DNA of 64,000 nucleotides from an uncultured Alphaproteobacteria bacterium. GTDB taxonomy: Bacteria > Pseudomonadota > Alphaproteobacteria > Rickettsiales > JALZUV01. Below, in pieces: positions 33,197-39,788 of the stretch (positions are counted from its first letter, which is position 1; every line of letters starts with the position of its first letter). A program made the translations under genes and the position numbers. Below the pieces are notes generated by a model. The model had not been told where the DNA came from. It made no database searches and saw only the letters and a program-made list of their open reading frames with translations. Location: positions 745,572 to 809,571 of the forward strand of contig CAWILT010000001.1 in the NCBI GenBank assembly GCA_963837025.1, given 5' to 3'.

Positions 33197-33848
33197 TAGC
33201 CTCTAAAAGTTTTTTGGCGGCAAGCCGTTCAGCTTTACGTTTGGTGGGCGCTTGCGCGTGTTGTGGTGCATGGGGTTTAACACATACTTCAACGGTAAAT
33301 ACAGGGGCATGCGCCGCACCCGTTTGGTTCAAAACGGTATAAATCGGCAGACCAAGCGATTGTGCCTGCGACCATTCTTGCAATTGCGTCTTGGCATCCA
33401 TTGGCACTTCTTCTTGCGCGGCTAGCAGGGGCAACCAATGCGTTTTGATAAAACGATGCGCGGCGGCAAATCCGCCATCAGCATAAATAGCACCAATAAT
33501 CGCCTCGCCCACATCTTCTTGCACCGAGCTATTGTCATAGCCACCATGGTTTTTTTCTGTTTCCGAAAAGCAAATATGTTCATGGATACCCAAAGCGCGC
33601 ACCAGTTGAGCAATGGCCTTTTTCTGCACCAGAGCTGATTTGCGTTTGGCTAAGTCGCCTTCAGGCTCGTGCGGATAATGCTCAATTAATAATGCACTTA
33701 TCACAGCGCCTAATACCGCATCACCCAAAAACTCTAATCGCTGATAACTAAAAGGATTGCCTTGCGAGTTCTTTAAATTGCAACTGGGGTGCGTCAACGC
33801 TTCTTCTAACAACTCGGGGTTCGAAAATTGATAATTTAGCGAATCCAT
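33183..33848 (-). CDS. rnc: ribonuclease III
   Basis: Carries the signature ERLEFLGDAVLG and a C-terminal dsRBD. Confidence 0.93.
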   Translation of the reverse strand: MDSLNYQFSNPELLEEALTHPSCNLKNSQGNPFSYQRLEFLGDAVLGAVISALLIEHYPHEPEGDLAKRKSALVQKKAIAQLVRALGIHEHICFSETEKNHGGYDNSSVQEDVGEAIIGAIYADGGFAAAHRFIKTHWLPLLAAQEEVPMDAKTQLQEWSQAQSLGLPIYTVLNQTGAAHAPVFTVEVCVKPHAPQHAQAPTKRKAERLAAKKLLEAIAHD

Positions 33849-34582
33849 GTGAAAAATCTATCCCACCGTGGCCACATATTCTCGCCGAATGAAAGCGCCA
33901 CAATTTCAGCACGCCCAACCAAGTTTTGCGCGGGTATAAACCCTACATTATCCATATAGCGGCTATCGGTTGAGTTATCGCGATTATCGCCCATCACAAA
34001 ATAATGCCCTTCAGGAACTGTATATTGCTGCGTGTTATCGACTGCGCCATAGGTTGTCTCATCTAATACCTTATATTTAAACCCTGATGGTAGCGTTTCC
34101 TGATATTGAGCAATGGCCATTTCGCTTTGTAAAAACTCATCCTTAAAACGATAATCTTCGACAGGTTCTTTAGGAATGGTCTCACCATTTAAAATCACTT
34201 GCCCATCGCGCACCTGAACCGTATCGCCCGGCAAGCCAATCACGCGTTTAATAAAATCAACCGATTCATCGCCAGGTTTGCGAAATACCACCACTTCACC
34301 GCGTTCAGGCATATTAGTTTGCATTACCCGCCCGTCAAATACATCAAACCCAAGGGGAAACGAATAGCGGCTGTAGCCATAATAATATTTAGAAACAAAC
34401 AGATAATCGCCAACCAACAAATTAGCCTTCATCGAGCCGGAAGGGATATGGAAGGGTTCAAACAAAAAACTGCGAAACAGCAACGCTAAAACAACTGCAT
34501 AAATCACCGTTTTTGCAGTTTCCCAGTGCGAGCTCTTTATTTTTTCGGGTTTCACGAGCGACAACCTAATCGGTGCCACCAT
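33836..34582 (-). CDS. lepB: signal peptidase I
   Basis: Contains the catalytic IPSGSM, KRVIGLPGD and the GDNRDNSTDSR box. Confidence 0.93.
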   Translation of the reverse strand: MVAPIRLSLVKPEKIKSSHWETAKTVIYAVVLALLFRSFLFEPFHIPSGSMKANLLVGDYLFVSKYYYGYSRYSFPLGFDVFDGRVMQTNMPERGEVVVFRKPGDESVDFIKRVIGLPGDTVQVRDGQVILNGETIPKEPVEDYRFKDEFLQSEMAIAQYQETLPSGFKYKVLDETTYGAVDNTQQYTVPEGHYFVMGDNRDNSTDSRYMDNVGFIPAQNLVGRAEIVALSFGENMWPRWDRFFTWIR

Positions 34583-34667
34583 AATTGCAAGGCAGAAAGA
34601 TTGACAGGAGGTTTTTCACCCCTTACAACCGCCATTAAGCGCTGCATCAACTTTGCAGCATATGGTA

Positions 34668-34758
34668 CGGATGGGTGGCCGAGTGGCTGAAGGCGCGCCC
34701 CTGCTAAGGGTGTATAGGGTAACCCCCTATCGTGGGTTCGAATCCCACCCCGTCCGCC
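34668..34758 (+). tRNA. tRNA-Ser (anticodon GCU), class II with a long variable arm and an encoded CCA
   Basis: I folded it by hand. The acceptor is GGATGGG/CCCGTCC with one G.U pair. The anticodon stem-loop is CGCCC-CTGCTAA-GGGTG and the long variable arm is TATAGGGTAACCCCCTATC. The T-arm is GTGGG-TTCGAAT-CCCAC, followed by discriminator G and CCA. Confidence 0.9.
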
Positions 34759-34922
34759 ATATAGTCTACTCTTTCCCCCCTATCAGAGAATATAACGCAC
34801 TATGCCCCGCTACAGGCGGTGTTTGCACGTACCTGGGTTTTAATCATTCTCAGAGAATCTCTAAATCACCCCTTATTGCCCGTTTCTCTCTTCGGTTTAT
34901 TTGCCGAATGGTCAAACGCAAG

Positions 34923-34955
34923 AATTCCCTGTTAAACAGGGAATTATCAGGGAAT
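34923..34955. repeat. perfect 11-bp-arm palindrome AATTCCCTGTT-A-AACAGGGAATT followed by a related half-site ATCAGGGAAT
   Basis: Read directly from the sequence: arms at 34923-34933 and 34935-34945, half-site at 34946-34955. Confidence 0.85.
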
Positions 34956-35050
34956 ATTTCTATTTTTTAATATTTAGCTTTACGAGCAAATCTGCTGCAC
35001 AGCAGAGAATACATAGGTTGCAGACCTCGATCGGCAAACCTATTTCAAAA

Positions 35051-35085
35051 TTAACAGGGAATTTATTGTAATTAACAGGGATTTT
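35051..35085. repeat. two direct copies of TTAACAGGGA(A)TTT spaced 20 nt apart, the same motif as the 34935 palindrome arm
   Basis: Read directly: TTAACAGGGAATTT at 35051-35064 and ATTAACAGGGATTTT at 35071-35085. Confidence 0.8.
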
Positions 35086-35461
35086 ACATGCTCAAGAATG
35101 AAAAACTGTCCTGAATACATTTGTTGATATAGTTCTCACCATGATTATTACGCTTTGCGATATCACGTAAAGTTTCACCAGCAAAATGTTCATCACGCCA
35201 AACGATACCTTTCACAATGCGTGCAAGCTGATCGGTTGGCATATCAAGCATGTCTTTATCATTATTGGTGGTTTGGACAATGACCGCACCATTATTTGCG
35301 CGCTTGGTTTTATATGGAACACAAATGCTAGTCTCTTTTAAAGATGGTGCTTTAAGCGCAAACTCTAGTGTATCTGCTAGGTATTGTTGCAGCTTACTTG
35401 TGTTAATTTTGAGTGTCATCTCATCTTGCGCCAAGACAGCCATACTTAAGATGGCGCGCAC
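35084..35461 (-). CDS. hypothetical protein; its C-terminal half resembles the HTH tail of resolvase-type serine recombinases (possible gene remnant)
   Basis: The 125-aa product contains VPYKTKRANNGAVIV...ARIVKGIVWRDEHFAGETLRDIAKRNNHGENYINKCI. This resembles the remembered pattern RRGGRK...ARA.RWR..L..G....I.EIA..E......YV.R.L. There is no catalytic N-terminal domain. Confidence 0.35.
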   Translation of the reverse strand: MRAILSMAVLAQDEMTLKINTSKLQQYLADTLEFALKAPSLKETSICVPYKTKRANNGAVIVQTTNNDKDMLDMPTDQLARIVKGIVWRDEHFAGETLRDIAKRNNHGENYINKCIQDSFSFLSM

Positions 35462-35535
35462 ATCATCGTGCTGAATATCTAAATGCTGATTTGAAATCCA
35501 TTTTAGAGTCTGACGATCTATAGAGGGGAATAATT

Positions 35536-36684
35536 CTATAAGATTGGCGTCATCGGATATCCAATCATTTGATAAGCATCTATTAGGCTGCCAAAACGAT
35601 ATCTATATGCACCGCTAGAAGGCATATCATCATGATCATTGATCATAAGCCCAGATAGCCATCCTTGTTTCTCATGCAAACTGCGTAGTTTATCAAGCAT
35701 TTCTTCATCGGAATATTTACGATTACGCTCACGTATAATGCTCTGCGCCTTGTAAAAATAACTAGTCTCTACAATTGCTTCGAAAGCCTTTTCTTTTCTC
35801 ACCCATTCATCACTAGGGTTATTGATGCGTTGAGCTTTCAATTTAAAAGAGCGCCGATTAAATACATTGGTACCTATATATTTTTCATTGATCAAAATTT
35901 GATGAATGCTAGCACGCGTCCAAGCGCTGCCAAAATCACTGAGGATGCCTCTACGATTGAGATCTTCTGCTATTAGGCTTTCATTCCGGCTTTCATCGAC
36001 AAACATTTCATATATCCAATTAACAAGATCAATTTCTTGCTGTGGCCCTGGTACCAATATTACACGGTCGGTTGTGATGCTTTTTTGCTCACCAATTTCA
36101 AGTAACCCTTTATGATGTCCGTTTTCATTGATTAACATGCGGCGTAGACCGTAACCAGCTGGACCGCCTTGACGAAAACCACGCTCAACATGGTGACATT
36201 GGCCATTAAAGACTTTTGATGATAATTCGCGGCTATATTCTGCTGCCATTGTGCGCTTAACAGTTTTAACTAACTCAGAAATGGGTGAGCCGTCATTGGT
36301 GAATTGCTCTGCTACATAGTGAACTTGAAGACCTGCCATGCGGCATACATGTTCATAATGCGCACTTTCATCTGTGCGTTGAAAACGACCCCAACGAGAA
36401 ACATCATAGACAAGCAGTATTGAAAAGCTGAGTTCAACCTCTTTGTCTTTAACGTCTGCTATTAGCTTCTGAAACGAATTACGCCCTTTAGCAACAACAC
36501 CGCTTTTACCCTCATCAGAATAAGTACATATAATCTCAATTCCATTACTGGATGCATAATCACGAATAATCTTCTCTTGAATCTCAGTCGAACATTCTTG
36601 TCTTGGGTCGGACATGCGTACGTACATCGCGGCTTTACGCCCGACCATGCTTAGATTCCAATTTTTTCTTGTATCTTGATCCAC
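35536..36684 (-). CDS. large serine recombinase (resolvase/invertase catalytic domain plus recombinase domain)
   Basis: The N-terminus AAMYVRMSDPRQ carries the catalytic Ser. SDEGKSG, DVSRWGR, Y.G and a C-terminal MPSSGAYRYRFGSLIDAYQMIGY block are typical of this family. The start is possibly at 36648 or 36627. Confidence 0.85.
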   Translation of the reverse strand: MDQDTRKNWNLSMVGRKAAMYVRMSDPRQECSTEIQEKIIRDYASSNGIEIICTYSDEGKSGVVAKGRNSFQKLIADVKDKEVELSFSILLVYDVSRWGRFQRTDESAHYEHVCRMAGLQVHYVAEQFTNDGSPISELVKTVKRTMAAEYSRELSSKVFNGQCHHVERGFRQGGPAGYGLRRMLINENGHHKGLLEIGEQKSITTDRVILVPGPQQEIDLVNWIYEMFVDESRNESLIAEDLNRRGILSDFGSAWTRASIHQILINEKYIGTNVFNRRSFKLKAQRINNPSDEWVRKEKAFEAIVETSYFYKAQSIIRERNRKYSDEEMLDKLRSLHEKQGWLSGLMINDHDDMPSSGAYRYRFGSLIDAYQMIGYPMTPIL

Positions 36685-36785
36685 TCTTATTACCGCTCTT
36701 TGATAATGAACAGCTTGAGCAAATGAAAAATACTTCGCTCAGGCGGCACACTGTTTCTTTTCATTTTAACGAAAGGAACATCCAT

Positions 36786-37358
36786 ATGTCATCAAACGAA
36801 AACGAGTCATTTGGCTCATCAAATAAAAAGCTAACATCAGCACAATCAATATCTAAAATCTTGAGAAAAGATTACGAAAATAGTGGTTCTGCAATTAAGT
36901 GGATAGCACGCAAATCAGGCCTATCGGAGCATGCAATTAGAAATTGGTATGATGCAGCAAGAGTGCCAAATCTAGATAGTTTCATTAAACTCACAAAAGC
37001 CGTTCCAAATCTTATAAGTTGGTTTTTGGTACAAGTAGGTCGTGAAGATATAGCAGATATAATTGACGCTCAGAATTCGATTAAAAACCAAGGTGAAACA
37101 GACAAATTTGATCTTTACCGTCTCATTTTTGAGACACAAGGATCTGGTGATTTACTCAAAAAGGTTCAAAAACTAACGTTACGACAATTATGGTTTTACT
37201 CGCAAATTAAGAAAGGATGCAAAGTAACGCATCATGATTTGATCAATACTTTTGATGTTGCGCGCGCAACGGCATATCGCGATATATCAGAGCTGCAGCA
37301 GCTGGGTCTGATTTGTAAGGTTGGCCAGAGTAAAAACGAATATTATTTGATACTGTAA
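36786..37358 (+). CDS. putative DNA-binding protein with two HTH-like regions
   Basis: ATG 36786 follows AAGGAA. The N-terminal IKWIARKSGLSEHAIRNWYDAARVPNLDSF is Xre-like. The C-terminal VTHHDLINTFDVARATAYRDISELQQLGLI is wHTH-like. An alternative start lies at 36723. The track start 36603 overlaps the recombinase gene and is unlikely. Confidence 0.5.
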   Translation: MSSNENESFGSSNKKLTSAQSISKILRKDYENSGSAIKWIARKSGLSEHAIRNWYDAARVPNLDSFIKLTKAVPNLISWFLVQVGREDIADIIDAQNSIKNQGETDKFDLYRLIFETQGSGDLLKKVQKLTLRQLWFYSQIKKGCKVTHHDLINTFDVARATAYRDISELQQLGLICKVGQSKNEYYLIL

Positions 37359-37425
37359 ACATTCTTTACCAAATATGCTAATGTGTAAGCTAACAATAAA
37401 ATTTTGTTAGATTTTGAGGTAGAAA

Positions 37426-38796
37426 ATGCAAAAAAATATACTGATTTTTTCTGATGGCACAGGTCAAATTGGAGGGCAAAAGCCAGATCAGAAGTTATCT
37501 AACATATATAAAATGTACCGAGCGATGCGCTCAGGTCCCGATTCACCAATTCCTTATTCTGAGCAGATTTCTTATTATGACGCAGGATTAGGTGTTGGTG
37601 AGGTTGGCGGCCTAACTTTCAAGAGGGTACGACAATGGTTAGCTGCCGCAATAGGCACAGGAATTGATGAAAATGTTATAGATTGTTACGAAAAGATTAT
37701 TGCTTACTACAAACCTGGAGACCAGATTTTGTTATTTGGATTTTCAAGAGGAGCATACACTGTTAGGGCTCTTGCAAATGTTATGAATTTATGTGGAGTT
37801 CCTCTACACATGCCTGATGGATCCCCCGTTCCTAAATATGGTGAAAAATTAAGGGAAGTTGCAAGAGAAGCAGTCGTAGAAGTCTATAATCATGGCGCCG
37901 GCCATAAAAGAGGCGACAAACGTTTATACCAAGAGCGCGAAGAAAAAGGTAAAAGGTTTAGGGCAAAATATGGAAGCGCGCCGAAAAAAGGAGAAAAAGA
38001 CGTTCAAGGTAATGTCCAGCCTCATTTTATTGGTGTTTTTGACACTGTAGCAGCCTTAGGAAACTCTACTATCTCATGGGGCATTCGTGGAATATCTTTA
38101 TTAATAGCTATAACCACGATTGTATCTTTTTGTCTAAATTGGCCCACTGCAATAACGTTGGCTTTGGCTTTACTGTCTATCGCTGTAATCACGTGGCAGA
38201 TTAAAATATTCTTATCTGCAATCAAAATATTTCAGCCAAATCCTGATGAACCTTTGAAATGGTTTAATCCACTACATTGGGGGAAGCTTATTAAAAATAG
38301 CCACTATTCATTATGGAATAGAAAAAATTATGATAAATGGCTTGATTCAGATGTTTGTTTTGCGCGGCATGCTCTAGCAATCGACGAACAAAGGAAAAAC
38401 TTCCCTCGTGTAAAATGGGCTACTCAAGGAGAAATGGATAAAAATTCAAATAACGACCCAAAATGGCTCAAACAAGTATGGTTTGCAGGCTGTCATAGCG
38501 ATATTGGAGGGAGTTACCCTGAAGATGAATCAAGATTAAGTGATATAGCTTTGAAATGGATGATTGAAGAACTGCGTAATTGTGTTCCCGAAATCCAGAT
38601 TAGCGACCAACTTTACATTTACTCTGATCCTTTAGGTTTACAACATAGAGAGACTTATCTACCTGGCTTAAAATGGTTAAAGATTAAATGGCCAGCACAA
38701 ATAAGGTATGTAGATGAAAATTTCGCACTTCACTCTTCAGTAATAACGAGGCTAAATGCTGACAGAGTACCTCAAATTGGTGAAGTTAGGCGGTAA
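37426..38796 (+). CDS. DUF2235 (T6SS Tle1-like) alpha/beta serine hydrolase with an internal double-TM insertion
   Basis: 456 aa. It starts ILIFSDGTGQ, has the nucleophile elbow FGFSRGA, an Asp block GVFDTVAALG and a His block GCHSDIGGSY. Two hydrophobic helices (ISLLIAITTIVSFCL; ITLALALLSIAVITW) lie between the Asp and His blocks. Confidence 0.75.
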   Translation: MQKNILIFSDGTGQIGGQKPDQKLSNIYKMYRAMRSGPDSPIPYSEQISYYDAGLGVGEVGGLTFKRVRQWLAAAIGTGIDENVIDCYEKIIAYYKPGDQILLFGFSRGAYTVRALANVMNLCGVPLHMPDGSPVPKYGEKLREVAREAVVEVYNHGAGHKRGDKRLYQEREEKGKRFRAKYGSAPKKGEKDVQGNVQPHFIGVFDTVAALGNSTISWGIRGISLLIAITTIVSFCLNWPTAITLALALLSIAVITWQIKIFLSAIKIFQPNPDEPLKWFNPLHWGKLIKNSHYSLWNRKNYDKWLDSDVCFARHALAIDEQRKNFPRVKWATQGEMDKNSNNDPKWLKQVWFAGCHSDIGGSYPEDESRLSDIALKWMIEELRNCVPEIQISDQLYIYSDPLGLQHRETYLPGLKWLKIKWPAQIRYVDENFALHSSVITRLNADRVPQIGEVRR

Positions 38797-39106
38797 GAAT
38801 TTTTTCTCGGCGTTCGGCGCTGGCATCCGCGGATAATCCCGCTACATTTTGGAATGCCTGTTTCAACACAATAGCAAGGCTGCCTGATTTTACATTCGTT
38901 TTTGTATCTAGCGGGGTGAATGTTAAAGGCCAGTCTTTATTTACCATAATCTCGCGTTGAAAGGTTTGCAGGCTTATCTGTTCTATGCGCGTTTTACCGA
39001 GTTTTTGGAAGATAAGGAACCAACTGAACACGGACATAGCCGCAAGCACGATAAACACAGCTATCAATATGGCATCGCCTTGTTCAAATACATGCATGAT
39101 ATTCAT
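38786..39106 (-). pseudogene. exbB: exbB, 3'-truncated: about the first 105 codons of a MotA/TolQ/ExbB-family gene
   Basis: The N-terminus (FEQGDAILIAVFIVLAAMSVFSWFLIFQK...) aligns by eye with residues ~17-120 of E. coli ExbB. The frame stops at 38786, overlapping the end of the convergent DUF2235 gene. TM2 and TM3 are missing and no exbD follows. Confidence 0.65.
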
Positions 39107-39109
39107 TCG

Positions 39110-39781
39110 TTACTCCAATCGAAATTCTACTGGCACCATTACTTGTGCCATTACTGTTTCATTACCTCGTTTAGCGGGAATAAACTTCCAGCGCTTTACG
39201 GTATCAAGTGCCGAAGCATCCAGCATCGAAAACCCACTGGTTTTGGCTACCTGAACTGAATTAGCTGCTCCATCCTCAGCCACCATAACCTTGAGCATGA
39301 CGATACCTTCCATACGCCTACGTTTCGCCTGCGATGGATAGGTTGGCGCAGGGTTTCGAAGATAGCTTGCATCGAATGATGGCGTTGTTGTTACGGTCTG
39401 CTCATTCGGTAAAGCCTCAGGCGTTTTTCCTGCAGCAGAGTTTAGCGCTGCTGAGCTGCTTACTTGTTCAATAGGTTTGATCGCCGCTTCTTTGCTTACA
39501 TGTTGGGTTGCGCGAATATCTTTTTTCTTAACTATTTTTTTGGGGGTTTTCTCTACTCGCTTAGGCTCGATTTTTGTTACGTGTTTCTGTTCAGGCTTTG
39601 GTTGCTCGGCTTTCTGCGCAGGGGGCGGAGCAACCATGGAAATTTGGATAATTTGCTGGGGCATAATCTCCATAGGAGCCGCAAGCGAGAATAGCGCTAG
39701 TGCTACCATGATATGAAGAGCGATAGAACCTACTATCGCCCTTGTATATTCGGCATTATAAAACATCAAAACTATTTCCAT
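39110..39781 (-). CDS. tonB: energy transducer TonB
   Basis: It has an N-terminal TM and a Pro/Lys/Glu-rich spacer. The C-terminal domain is P.YP..A.RRRMEG.V.L.V.V...G....V.V..SSG...LD..AL..V..W.F.PA. Confidence 0.85.
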   Translation of the reverse strand: MEIVLMFYNAEYTRAIVGSIALHIMVALALFSLAAPMEIMPQQIIQISMVAPPPAQKAEQPKPEQKHVTKIEPKRVEKTPKKIVKKKDIRATQHVSKEAAIKPIEQVSSSAALNSAAGKTPEALPNEQTVTTTPSFDASYLRNPAPTYPSQAKRRRMEGIVMLKVMVAEDGAANSVQVAKTSGFSMLDASALDTVKRWKFIPAKRGNETVMAQVMVPVEFRLE

Positions 39782-39788
39782 TACCCGA

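Larger units (their letters stand above)
34759..38796. mobile_element. tRNA-Ser-adjacent integrative islet (serine recombinase plus cargo); boundaries are inferred
   Basis: It starts right after the tRNA. It contains a large serine recombinase, a recombinase-tail-like fragment and two cargo genes. It ends where a convergent exbB reading frame is abruptly cut. Cargo G+C is visibly lower than in the backbone. Confidence 0.55.

Noticed and set aside
34653-34970. A 105-aa plus-strand ORF starting upstream of and running through tRNA-Ser.
   Set aside because: Its first third is the tRNA gene itself. The remainder is the repeat and palindrome arm. It does not look like coding sequence.
36603-36785. 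A 5' extension of the HTH-protein ORF back to 36603.
   Set aside because: The extension overlaps the 5' end of the divergent recombinase gene and encodes Cys/Arg/Leu-rich nonsense. ATG 36786 has an AAGGAA RBS, and 36723 is kept as an alternative.
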